Source: Terriglobia bacterium
GTDB taxonomy: Bacteria > Acidobacteriota > Terriglobia > 20CM-2-55-15
NCBI GenBank assembly: GCA_965218585.1
Contig: CBDCLE010000026.1
Location: 288,001 to 352,000, forward strand
Direction of reading: 5' to 3'
DNA: 64,000 nt
Made by a program: the position numbers and the translations under genes. The notes under the pieces were generated by a model. The model was not told where the DNA came from, did not search any database, and worked only from the letters and a program-made list of their open reading frames with translations. Positions 49,576 to 59,848 of the stretch are shown here, in pieces. Positions within the stretch are counted from its first letter, which is position 1. Each line of letters begins with the position of its first letter.

Positions 49576-49606
49576 ATTGATACTTCTCACCATTGATACT
49601 TCTCAC
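49576..49606. repeat. tandem 15-bp direct repeat
   Basis: ATTGATACTTCTCAC at 49576-49590 and 49592-49606. Confidence 0.8.
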
Positions 49607-49620
49607 TCCGGGCAACAACA

Positions 49621-51820
49621 TCAATCCTCAGCGCGTATCCGATAGTCCGCCGGTGGATCAGCTCCGAGCAGGTGCCGGACGAAGTAGTCCCAGCGCCGCC
49701 GGACCATGTAAGGCTCGTTGCCAAAACCGTGTCCCCGGTTGGGCAAGACGACCAGGTCGAAGTCCTTATTTGCCGCAATCAACGCGTCGACCACCAGGAG
49801 CGTGCTGTAGAACGGAACGTTTGGTGTCCATCGTTCCGTGCGCCAGGAGAAGCTTGCCCTCCAGGTTTTCGGCCTGCAGCTGATTGGCCTGGTTGTCGTA
49901 GTTGGTTTCACCGTCTGCGTTGACGGTCAGGAGACCTTGCCATTTCTCGGCCCAGTCGTCTTCGTAGTTGCGGTTGTCGTGATTTCCGGCCTGGGAGACG
50001 CCGACCTTGAAGAAATCCGGATACTGGAACATTGCCGCAGCCGTGGCGTAGCCGCCGCCGGAATGGCCGTAGATACCGGCTCGCTCGATGTCGATCCAGT
50101 CGTAAAGTTCCCCAAGCTGCTCCATCCCGTTCACCTGGTCAGGGAGCGTGTTGTCGCTCATGTCTCCGTAATAGGCGTCCTGAAACTCCTTCGACCGCCA
50201 CCGGGTTCCCATCCCGTCAATCTTGACGACTACGAAGCCCAGATCCGCAAGCGCCTGAGCATCGCCCCGGGCCGCGGAGAAGCTTCGGCTCCCGACGCTG
50301 CCAGTCTGGGGTCCCGGGTAGACGTTGTTGATGATCGGGTACTTCAGTGACTCGTCGAGGTGGGTGGGGACGAACATCAAGCCGTACAGGTCAGTCATCC
50401 CGTCTCGGGCCTTGACGCTGAACGGAATCGGCGGCCGCCAACCTTTCTCCGTGAGTCGGGAGATGTCTGCGGTTTCGAGGGTCAGGACCAGTTCTCCCTC
50501 GCTCGATCGGAGCACGGCAACCGGCGGGGCGTCCGGGCGCGAATATCGGTCGACGAAGTAACGGCCCGAATCCGAGAAAGTCACGGAATGATTGGCGTCC
50601 TCGGGCGTCAGCAACGCCGGCTCTCCGCCATCGAACCCGACCCGGTAGAGATGGATGAAATATGGGTCCCGGCCCTCGCGTCCAACTCCTTCGAAGTACA
50701 GCATTCGATTTTCGTGGTCTACGCCCAGGAGTTCGGTGACGTTCCACTCCCCACCCGTAATAGCGTGCTTCAAGCCGCCGTCTTCGAGGTCGTACATGTA
50801 AAGATGTCCCCAGTTGCTGCGCTGGGAATACCAGACGACCTCGTTGGATTCGGGCAAGAACCACCAGTTCCGAGCCCCCATGCCGGACTCGAAGAACGTG
50901 GCGACGTTCTCCTCGAACACATCACGGACGATGCCGGTAGCCGTATCGGCGAGGCGAAGTGTTGCTCGCTTGTGATCCCTCGGTGTGGAAACGAACGCGA
51001 TCTGGGAGCCGTCCTCGCTCCACTGGACATCAGCCCACCGGCCCCTGCAAACCACGTGGTCGCATACGGTGGAACGATGGGGATCCGGGTCCATCTGGAA
51101 CCACACGATTTCACCTGAGACGACGTCGACGATGAGCGGTTCGATCGTGAAGATGTCGTCGTCGCCAGGAAGCGGATACTTCCAGGCTTCCAGATTCGGG
51201 TGTCCGACTCCGGTGTCGGCCAGATACATCTCGCCCACGTTTCGCCCGTCGTGCCGGAAAGTGACGATCTTCTCCGAATCGGGCGACCACACCACGACCG
51301 GACGGTTGCTCCGAATCCATCCTGCGTTGTTTGTCGCGTAGCCGTAAGCCTCGAAGCCATCGCTGGTGAGCTGGATTTCTTCCCCGGTTCCGGTAGTGCG
51401 GACCCAGAGGTCATAGTCCCTGACAAAAATCTCCCGAGCGCCGTCGGGGGAGGCCACCGTGGGCGAGGCGCCGCCGCTATCGGCACCGGCGTCCCCGCTC
51501 TCCCTGCAGTCGTAGGCCTCGAACTGGCAGACCCAGGTCCGGTCATCCACGTCGAACCGGATCCCGCGATCATCGTCCAGGAATTCGAACCGATTGAACC
51601 CCAGGTCGTAGGTTGAGTGCTCCATTGCCGAAGCAAGGGACAGCCCTCGGGCCAGGAGGTCGCCGGTGTTGTAACCCATGAAGCGCTCGGCATCGGCGTA
51701 ATCCTGTTCGGTCAAGGCCTCGGGAGCGTACGGCTGCTGAGCTTTAAGGGGCCCCGCCGTCGCAGTCGCCAGAATCGCGCCCAGTGCGATCAGGCGGGAG
51801 GGTTTCAAGAATCGTCGCAT
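49621..51820 (-). pseudogene. S9 family dipeptidyl-peptidase IV-like peptidase, frameshifted near the 3' end and probably internally deleted
   Basis: GIYGHSGGG; HGTMDT then +1 slip (ACC AAA CGT for ACC AAC GTT at about 49820) puts NVPFYSTL...RGHGF in another frame. Confidence 0.75.
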
Positions 51821-52126
51821 CGTGGATCCTCCGGCGTGCAAGATGCTGAGTACTTCGTAAGTGGCCAGGTTTGTACCTGTGCCGAAAGCGCCATATTAGC
51901 CCTAAAACGGCGTACCGGGAAGGCTGAGGATCTCCGAGTGGCCGAGTTCTATCGGACTCGGTGGCTTTACGCACCGACACTTGTCAGGTAAGAGCGTGCT
52001 TTACTGAAGCGACTTATGTTTCGTGAAACCCCATTCAGTCGCAATCTCGGTCTGTACAGCCCTCCAGATCATATGTATCGTTATGTGTCCCGAATGTGTC
52101 CAGAACCCGACATCAAGGAGAATGAA

Positions 52127-53866
52127 ATGAAGAGCCTCAGCCTGCCAATCCTCGCGATCGCGATCCTGGCGGTTTGTTTTCCCGTCATCGCCCAGGAAGG
52201 TGAGTTCGTATCGGTTACCGATGCGATGCTGGAGAATCCCGATCCGGCCGACTGGCTGATGTGGCGCCGGACACATAACGGATGGGGCTTCAGCCCGCTG
52301 GACCAAATCGACCGCAATAACGTTAACCAGATGCAGTTGGTCTGGACTCGGGGCCTGGAAGAAGGTGTCCACGAAGGAACACCTCTCGTCCATGACGGGG
52401 TCATGTACATACCGAATCCAGCCGACGTGATCCAGGCCATGGATGCCGCGACAGGAGATTTCAAATGGGAATACAGGCGGGAGTGGCCCGACGACCTGAC
52501 CGACATGCTCAACGCGCCGCATCTGAACCGGAATATCGCGATCTACGGTGACGTGATCATCGACACGACTGGAGACGGTTACGCTATCGGCCTCGACGCC
52601 CGGTCAGGGGATCTGGTCTGGGAAACGCTGGTCAGCGACTATCGGACCTATCCCGTCCAGCACAGCGGTGGGCCCATTGTTGCAAACGGAAAAGTCGTGT
52701 CGGGCCGAAACTGCGGATTGCAGGGCCCCAATGGTTGCGTGATCGTCGCACACGACCCGGTAACAGGCGAGGAACTCTGGCGCACGGGAACGATACCGAA
52801 ACCCGGCGAACCCGGGGACGAAACCTGGGGTGAAATCCCCTATGAGAATCGGTTGCACGTCGGTACCTGGATGCCCCCGACCTACGATGCGGAATTGGAT
52901 CTCGTCTATTACGGGACGTCGGTCACTTCGCCGGCACCGAAATTCATGCTGGGTTCCAACGACAACCAGTACCTCTTTCACAACTCGACACTGGCCCTCG
53001 ATATCGACACCGGCTCTATCGAGTGGTACTACCAGCACGTGGTCGATCACTGGGACCTGGACCATCCGTTCGAGCGCCTTCTTGTGGACACGGAAGTGTC
53101 GCCGGACCCGGACGCAGTCCAGTGGATCAACCCTAACGTCCAACCCGGAGAAACGCGGCGCGTCGTCACGGGAATCCCGGGCAAGACCGGCATTGTCTAC
53201 ACGCTGGATCGAGAAACTGGCGAGTTCCTCTGGGCGCGGCCCACGGTCGAACAGACGGTCGTCTCCGACATCGATGGCGAGACGGGTGAAGTAACCGTGA
53301 ATCCCGAGATGCTCTTCTCTGGCGCAGGCCAGCAGCGCCTGGTCTGCCCATCGACCCGCGGCGGGAAAAACTGGCCGGCCGGCAGTTACAGTCCGTTGAC
53401 ACATACCATGTATTTCCCGCTTCAAAACACCTGTATGAACGTGACCGCCCTTGCTGACGAGCCGATCCCGGGCAGCTTCTATGCAATCCGTATGGACACC
53501 CAGATCACTCCGGGCACGGACGATGTGGGCACGATCCAGGCGATCTCTGTTGAGACGGGCGAGACTCTGTGGCAGTTCCAGCAGAGGGCGGCCATGCTAT
53601 CGCTTCTGACAACAGGCGGCGAACTCTTGATAGGCGGTGATGCGAACGGTCGCTTCCGCGCCTTCGATCAGGACACCGGAGAAGTTCTCTGGGAGGTCAA
53701 TCTCGGCGCGCCCGTCACGGGATATCCGATTACGTACTCTGTGGATGGCCGGCAATACGTCGCCGTCAGCACCGGGACGTCCTTTGCCACGCCCAGTCTC
53801 AATCAGGTAGCCGGGGTCAATCCCCGAGTCAACAACGGCGTTTTCGTGTTTGCTTTACCCGACTAA
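52127..53866 (+). CDS. PQQ-dependent dehydrogenase (beta-propeller)
   Basis: DWLMWRRT...FSPLDQI, EGTPLV.DGVMY, WYYQH...HWDLD, G.NWP and YSVDGRQYVAV. Confidence 0.9.
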   Translation: MKSLSLPILAIAILAVCFPVIAQEGEFVSVTDAMLENPDPADWLMWRRTHNGWGFSPLDQIDRNNVNQMQLVWTRGLEEGVHEGTPLVHDGVMYIPNPADVIQAMDAATGDFKWEYRREWPDDLTDMLNAPHLNRNIAIYGDVIIDTTGDGYAIGLDARSGDLVWETLVSDYRTYPVQHSGGPIVANGKVVSGRNCGLQGPNGCVIVAHDPVTGEELWRTGTIPKPGEPGDETWGEIPYENRLHVGTWMPPTYDAELDLVYYGTSVTSPAPKFMLGSNDNQYLFHNSTLALDIDTGSIEWYYQHVVDHWDLDHPFERLLVDTEVSPDPDAVQWINPNVQPGETRRVVTGIPGKTGIVYTLDRETGEFLWARPTVEQTVVSDIDGETGEVTVNPEMLFSGAGQQRLVCPSTRGGKNWPAGSYSPLTHTMYFPLQNTCMNVTALADEPIPGSFYAIRMDTQITPGTDDVGTIQAISVETGETLWQFQQRAAMLSLLTTGGELLIGGDANGRFRAFDQDTGEVLWEVNLGAPVTGYPITYSVDGRQYVAVSTGTSFATPSLNQVAGVNPRVNNGVFVFALPD

Positions 53867-53929
53867 ATAGTAGCGGGCATCAATGAGAAGGCATCGGCTC
53901 CTATCGTCACCGCCGATTCTTGCAATCTG

Positions 53930-55405
53930 CTATCGACGCGCCCGGGCACCAGACCGTTCGTCGGCCAGGCCCGCGTATCTGGATGCTCGAAATATGCCGA
54001 GGTGTTCCCCAAAAAAACCTTTGACTCTTCGGACAGGCAAACCCATATCCGTCATCAGGTCATCGACGTAGTGAGAGATATGCGGTCCGATAAAACCCTC
54101 TGTCCCACGGTTAGGAAGATTATCGTTAGCCCAGGTGTGTACTCGATCAATGTCCCGGTTCATCTCGTCTAGGGAAGGTAGCTGAAGAGTTCCGATAAAG
54201 TGCTCGGCTAGCCAATGAGCACCGATTTCTGCAGTCAACTGGCACGCAAAAGACGATGCGTATCCTACAAAGCCTATGTCTTGTGCCGTCGGTGGCAATA
54301 TCTGCCTGAAGAGCCGCAAGTATCCGTCACCGGCGATTTCGTTCTGAAGTTCCTCGCCGAGGAACGAGACGCTCTGGTGCCAACCAGTTGCGAAGATTAC
54401 GACGTCAGCCGGAAGTAGTGTACCGTCACCGAGCTCGACACCGTCTCTGGTGAATCTGCTGACTGAACCACGCACCAATCGTGCGGCGTCTTCGTTTACA
54501 GCGTCATATAGGTCGCTACCGACACCGATCTTCTCGATACCCGACGGAAGGTTTTCTTCCGGAATCAAGTCTGCCGGCATCTTCAGGTCTTTGCGCCAGC
54601 CAAGAGCTATTAGTCCTCACCAGAGACGTACAAGCGGTCTGCCCACGCTATGCATTAGGCGTCCGATCCTATTGGTGTGGTAGTAACGTAGAAAGAGCGA
54701 CATCAAACGCGAGGTGACCAGCCAGTCTCCCGGTATGCGCCCGCCGGGCAAGAACCTTGGCGCCATCCATTGTGGCCGCCGATATACCAAGACCGGATTT
54801 ACGCTTTGTCGGGCAGCGTAGGCCGCACAGTCAAAGGCGGATTTGCCTCCACCGACGACGACCTTGTCACCCGGCTGGTAGGCCGATTCGGTCACCTCGC
54901 TTGAATGCAGGATCCGGCCCCGAAACTGGTCTACCCCTGCAACCGTTGGGAGCTTCGGCCGATGGAAGACCCCATTGCAGACAACCACAAAGTCGAACTC
55001 GCCTTCGTAACCCGTGTTTCTATCGTCCCCATGCCGACACCTGATCGAAAACTTGCCAGTCTGCGGGGATGAGCGGTCGACGGCGACCACCTCTTCATTG
55101 AAACGGATTCGTTCGCGAATTTCGAAGCGATCAGCATACGACTCCAGGTAACTCCGCACCTCCTCTGCACGGGGAAACAATCCCGTGCTGTCTGGATACG
55201 GATGGTCTGAGAACTCGTAGGTCTGCTTCGAGTTGTTGGTTCGTAGGCCTGGATACGTGCGTGACGGCGCCCAGGTGCCCCCTAAATCAGTGTCTTTCTC
55301 AAAAACACGGACATCAAATCCATCCTGAGTCAGGGTTTTCGCCGTGACTAGTCCGGCGATACCAGCGCCAATCACAGCCACCGTTTTCTTGTTATCTGGT
55401 GTCAT
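53930..55405 (-). pseudogene. flavin-containing monooxygenase with an in-frame TGA at 54617-54619
   Basis: GAGIAGL, GGTW, FRGRILHS, GGGKSAFD and ATGW; the two track ORFs are in frame across RLW*GLIALGW. Confidence 0.75.
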
Positions 55406-55462
55406 CTGCTGGTCGCCTTCAGGTTCTTCTGACCGAATACCGAATCGATTCAGTTTGACAAC

Positions 55463-56044
55463 TCATCGAGCAAGGACCTCTGACACACGTTTCCTAAGCG
55501 CCGGGAGCACGTCAGCCTCGAACCAGGGATTCCGGCGCAGCCACACGTTGTTTCTCGGACTGGGGTGTGGAAGCGGAACTCGGTGCGGCCAATAGGTACG
55601 CCACGACTTCACACGGTCGGTCAGGGACGAACTCGCGTCACCCAAGTGGTACGCCTGGGCATACTGTCCGAGCACCAAGGTGACTTCCAACTGGGTAAGC
55701 TCGCCGAGAAGCTGCTCGCGCCAGGCAGGCACGCATTCCGGTCGTGGCGGAAGGTCTCCGGACTTTCCTGAACCCGGAAAGCAGAAGCCCATTGGCAAAA
55801 TCGCGATCTGCTTCGGATCGTAGAACACGTCGCGTGTCACGTCCAACCACTCGCGCAAACGATCTCCGCTGGCGTCATCAAACGGCAGACCCGAGTCGTG
55901 AACCTTTCTGCCCGGCGCTTGCCCAGCAATCAGCACCCTGGCGTTAGGGTGCAACTGAACGACGGGCCGAGGACCGAGCGGTAAGTAGGCCTCGCAGATG
56001 GCGCAGGCCCTAACCTCAGATAGTAACGACGAAAACTTGCTCAA
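55463..56044 (-). CDS. uracil-DNA glycosylase family protein
   Basis: GQAPG, FDDASGDRLR, PMGFCFPG and LPHPSPRN; start uncertain. Confidence 0.88.
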   Translation of the reverse strand: MSKFSSLLSEVRACAICEAYLPLGPRPVVQLHPNARVLIAGQAPGRKVHDSGLPFDDASGDRLREWLDVTRDVFYDPKQIAILPMGFCFPGSGKSGDLPPRPECVPAWREQLLGELTQLEVTLVLGQYAQAYHLGDASSSLTDRVKSWRTYWPHRVPLPHPSPRNNVWLRRNPWFEADVLPALRKRVSEVLAR

Positions 56045-56201
56045 GTGACATGTCCCTCCAGTCTGACTCTGAGGTAGGTTGGAAACCAATTCAGAGTTTT
56101 TCTGTTTGCATGTGGCACCAGCTTATATCCGTGTGACGAAAGACTGGATGGATCTTACGGTTGAAGCTCATCCCCCGAAGCCCGGTTCGACATATCAACT
56201 C

Positions 56202-57005
56202 TCAATTCTCTTGTCTCGCTTCCAACGACGCCGCGAGGGAAGCCAATTCTGGCTCGTCAGGTTGCGTGTTGTGATTGAAGTACGTCTCGATGGAAACACG
56301 CGACTCGGCGAAGCCGGCCTGGACCCACGCCTTCCGCCACAGGTGGACCATGTCGCCGCGGCCTACGAGATGGATGTGCGTCTCATCGAGCGCCGTGAGT
56401 TGACCGGGCACGCTTTCCTGGACCCGGCCCGCCAGACCCGGCCAATCTGAAGGCGGCTCTGTTAGTGAAAAGGCAAACGAGAAGTTCGAATGCTCGCGGG
56501 CGAGTTGGCCAAGCTCAGGCAGCAGGACCCGGTCTTCTTGTTCCCGAAAACCGGCATAGAGTGCAAGCGGCCGGGATTCACCCTCGGCCAATGCCTTTCG
56601 GGCAAAGCCGTACAACGGGCCGATTCCCGTCCCGGTCGCGACACCGACGATGCGTGTAGCTTCTGGATCGATTTCGTTCTGGATCGGGTTGTGATAAGGG
56701 CCGTCGAAGTATATGTCGTCACCTTGAGACAGTTTTTCGAGGCGCGGTGTGAGCTTCCCGTCGGGAATCACGCGGAAGAGGTGCGAAAATCGCCGCCTGT
56801 CCGGGTCTCCATGCGAGACCGTGTAGGCATGCCGTGCATAAGTACCATTGCCGTTTCGTAAGGCCAGGGCCAACACATGACCGGGCTCGTAGGCCGCCTC
56901 GTTGTCATCGGCGGCTTCAAGCGTCAGCCAGACGCTTCCCCGTGCCATCGCACGATTCTCAATGACCCGCGCCGGACGCCAGTATCCCAACCCTACTCCT
57001 CTCAA
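56202..57005 (-). CDS. ferredoxin-NADP-reductase-type FAD/NAD(P)-binding oxidoreductase
   Basis: HAYTV, GKLTP, GPY, ATGTGIGP and GRVQ motifs; start uncertain. Confidence 0.82.
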   Translation of the reverse strand: MRGVGLGYWRPARVIENRAMARGSVWLTLEAADDNEAAYEPGHVLALALRNGNGTYARHAYTVSHGDPDRRRFSHLFRVIPDGKLTPRLEKLSQGDDIYFDGPYHNPIQNEIDPEATRIVGVATGTGIGPLYGFARKALAEGESRPLALYAGFREQEDRVLLPELGQLAREHSNFSFAFSLTEPPSDWPGLAGRVQESVPGQLTALDETHIHLVGRGDMVHLWRKAWVQAGFAESRVSIETYFNHNTQPDEPELASLAASLEARQEN

Positions 57006-57041
57006 ATCACAAATGAAGATTGCTCGACTGCCTTCACGATC

Positions 57042-57590
57042 TCAGTTGGGAAACAGGTCGAGCAAACAGGCCATCGTCCTCTGCAGCTGTGCGCTTTGGG
57101 CGGGCTTGAAATCCCTTTCCACGAATGAATCCCTCGTCGTGACCCTCATCCACTCGATTTCGGTTTCAGCAAGTGTTTCAGCCTGTTCCAGGTTCCCCTT
57201 GAAATCTCCAAACCAGACGAACAGGCTCGAAATGCAGTTGGAGTCGCTGTCGCTCGTCGCCTCGATTCGGGAACCGTCTATCAAAAGGATACTGACACTG
57301 TCACCGCCATTAATGCATTGACCGCCACCTGATGCCTGAACCGACATCGAGACAACTTCGAACCCCGGCCGGTTAACTTCCGCAGCAAAACGGATGCTGA
57401 AACCTGTCTGACCATCGTCTTCCGAGATCACAATGAAATCACGCGAGACAACATTGGATCGCCCTGAAGCCAGATCCTGATTGGTTACGACCAACTCTGA
57501 ACATTCGGTCTGGGCTGGTTCAACTCCGTGGCCATATGACGGCACTCCAAGGATCAGGATCCATGTACTTAGAAGGGCGCTTCGGGTCAT
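57042..57590 (-). CDS. hypothetical exported protein
   Basis: N-terminal hydrophobic stretch, four Cys, no recognised motif. Confidence 0.55.
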   Translation of the reverse strand: MTRSALLSTWILILGVPSYGHGVEPAQTECSELVVTNQDLASGRSNVVSRDFIVISEDDGQTGFSIRFAAEVNRPGFEVVSMSVQASGGGQCINGGDSVSILLIDGSRIEATSDSDSNCISSLFVWFGDFKGNLEQAETLAETEIEWMRVTTRDSFVERDFKPAQSAQLQRTMACLLDLFPN

Positions 57591-57616
57591 TAGGCCTGTG
57601 TCGGTGAGATTTTCGA

Positions 57617-57668
57617 CTGTAGGTGCACTAGGATCGCAGGTCTGTGCGGTCATAGACCGCACCTACAG
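57617..57668. repeat. GTAG-type REP doublet (REPIN)
   Basis: CTGTAGGTGCAC...GTGCGGTCATAGACCGCACCTACAG. Confidence 0.8.
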
Positions 57669-57676
57669 AAAGAAGC

Positions 57677-58819
57677 TTACTGTGGCCGCCTGGATCGACT
57701 CCCCAGCGAACGCAAGGGCAACGTCCAGGAAACCGTGACCGAACTCGGGCTGTAGCAAATACTGTCGTCACAGGCCTGATATTCGATCGTCCCCGTAAGG
57801 GTCAGCGCCTCCTGTCCCCGAAAAACCGCCTGCGCGCGGGGCGTGCCTTCGAGGATAACCTCCTGGATCAGCGTGAACGGCCCTTCACACACCGGCACCG
57901 TTTCGTCCAGCGGTTCAAAGTAGTACGTCGTCCATTCCGGATACTCCATCGAACGTAGTCTCACGAAGGGTTGCGGGTCGATCCTCAGGCCGATCACCTG
58001 ATAGTCGGTCGCACCTGGAGCATAGACGTGCATCCCAGGTCCGGGTTCGACCTCGAGTGCCAGCGAGAAACGGTTCCCGGCCGCAACTTCCGCATCGCTC
58101 GCATACGTCGTGATGTCGAGTTGAGGTGTTGAGATCCTCGTCGCTTCAACAGGAGCTTCGCTGGCTCCAAGCCGCATGATGATGCTCGACACGGTATTCC
58201 GTTCGATATAAAAATCCTCGAAATACCGTGACGACACCCGGCCGTCGGTCTCGAGAACGAACGTACCTGGAAATGCGATCCCGATCATTATGGGCCTTGG
58301 ATTCATGACCGACACGTAGGTGGCGATGTCGGCAGCCACTATGGGATCGTCGCTGTTCGGACCCTGCGCCCATTCGGGAACGGGGTTGAGGATTCCGTAT
58401 TCTCGGATGGTTCGAGAACCTAGATCCGAGAGCAGCGGAAAGGTAATGCCCTGTTCCTGGGCAAAAGCGCTCAAAACATCAACCGCGTCGTAACTGATCG
58501 CGGCTAAACCGATTCCACGTTCCTGTAGCTCTTCGACCTGGCTTTGCAGCTCCACGAGCTGCGTGCGGCAATACGGTCACCAACTGGCCGAACGGAAAAA
58601 CACCAGCATGGCTCCGTTCGGTCCCATGATGGCATCGCGCGTCCAGGTTTCTCCGTTCTGGTCCATCAAACTGAAATCCGGGACGATCTCGTCCACTTGA
58701 GGACCCAGCTCGGACACATCGATCTTAGAGGGCTCCAGCGTCTGAGCTGCAACCGGGGCCGGCATGATCAGTCCAGCCAACAACAAGAGACTCAGTGATG
58801 AAAGGATTCGAAGTTTCAT
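57677..58819 (-). CDS. secreted AhpC/TSA-like redoxin selenoprotein (W-U-P-Y-C) fused to a DsbD N-terminal-like domain
   Basis: Track ORFs 58577-58819 and 57677-58555 are in frame through TGA 58577-58579: FFRSASW-U-PYCRTQLVELQ; PDFSL.DQNG, FPLLSD; C-terminal HVYAPG...YQACDDSICYSP. Confidence 0.88.
58546..58562 (-). promoter_or_regulatory. putative bacterial SECIS hairpin
   Basis: Perfect GCAGCUC-GUG-GAGCUGC stem-loop starting 14 nt after the UGA. Confidence 0.75.
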
Positions 58820-59013
58820 AGTTTGCCTAATTTATAAGTTTCTGCCTGGAAATTCCAGAAACGGACGCCTAAGTCCAATTCGTCTTCGATGATCGCGGCA
58901 ATCACCTCGAAACGGCGATTACCTGCCGAGCGCTGTTCTTGGGGGGCCTGCGCTCCGAGAACGAGCGTCGGCGCAAGGACCCAGACGCAAATACCGACGA
59001 CACCTAGTCTCAT
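58816..59013 (-). pseudogene. probable DsbA-paralog remnant (signal peptide joined to the C-terminal helix)
   Basis: MRLGVVGICVWVLAPTLVLGAQ...GNRRFEVIAAIIEDEL resembles the neighbour's C-terminal GSHPYQSIVEVIESEL. Confidence 0.5.
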
Positions 59014-59085
59014 ACGCTTCCTCCCTTTAAAGAAGCGTGGCACAAAGAGCGCCCCTTACACTGGAAGCTCGATTACAGGCGGGGA

Positions 59086-59706
59086 TCACCGGCCGGATTC
59101 GATACGCTCCAGTTCCGACTCGATCACCTCAACGATGCTCTGGTACGGGTGGCTGCCTTCCATGATCAGACCGTTGATGAACATCGTGGGAGTGCTGAAC
59201 ACCGCAGCGTTCACGCCTTCCTCGATGTCGACTTCCGCATCGGCCCACTTGACCCCAGAATCCAGGCATTCGTTAAACCGAGCGGTGTCGAGACCGAATT
59301 CCACGGCCCGGCGTTTCAACGCGGGGACGTCGATGTCTTCCTGATTCTCGAACAGGGAGTCGTGAAACTCCCAGAAACGATCCTGCTCGTGAGCGCACAA
59401 GGAGGCTTCGGCTGCCTTCTGAGCGTACTGGTGCGTAAAGATCAACGGAAATTGCCGAAACACGATCCGAACCTGGTCCGGATAGTTCCGCCGCACGGCC
59501 TGGAGCGTGGGATGCAGCCCCGCGCAGAACGGACATTCGAAGTCCCCAAACTCGACGATCGTTACCGGCGCATCGGCCGGTCCGCGGGACGGATGCCCCT
59601 CGGTTCTGATGTCTTTCCGTGACAATTCGAATTGCTGGGCTGCGCCGGCCGAACCCGAGGCCAATGCCAACGCGAAGGTCAGGATTAGAACACGATGGAT
59701 TTTCAC
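59086..59706 (-). CDS. DsbA family thiol-disulfide oxidoreductase
   Basis: GPADAPVTIVEFGDFECPFC, FRQFPL and STPTMFING; signal peptide. Confidence 0.92.
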   Translation of the reverse strand: MKIHRVLILTFALALASGSAGAAQQFELSRKDIRTEGHPSRGPADAPVTIVEFGDFECPFCAGLHPTLQAVRRNYPDQVRIVFRQFPLIFTHQYAQKAAEASLCAHEQDRFWEFHDSLFENQEDIDVPALKRRAVEFGLDTARFNECLDSGVKWADAEVDIEEGVNAAVFSTPTMFINGLIMEGSHPYQSIVEVIESELERIESGR

Positions 59707-59848
59707 TGTGACATCCTCCTCTGGAAGTGTTTCAGTATATTATGAAATTCGTCCTGAATCAGAATTCAGTAAGTCTTCGCCGAAGCCAACGCGAGAACAA
59801 AGTAGGGCTTATGAACAGCGCACAATTCACGCACCGAAAGGGTTCGAA

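Noticed and set aside
54617-54619. Selenocysteine in the monooxygenase, or UGA=Trp/Gly recoding
   Set aside because: Not a Cys position and no SECIS-like hairpin; many genes in the window end normally at TGA.
59507-59848. Long N-terminal extensions proposed by the ORF track (also 23555-24709, 39371-40204, 42553-43146, 52016-52126)
   Set aside because: The extensions overlap neighbouring genes or precede clear RBS/signal-peptide starts; shorter starts were used.
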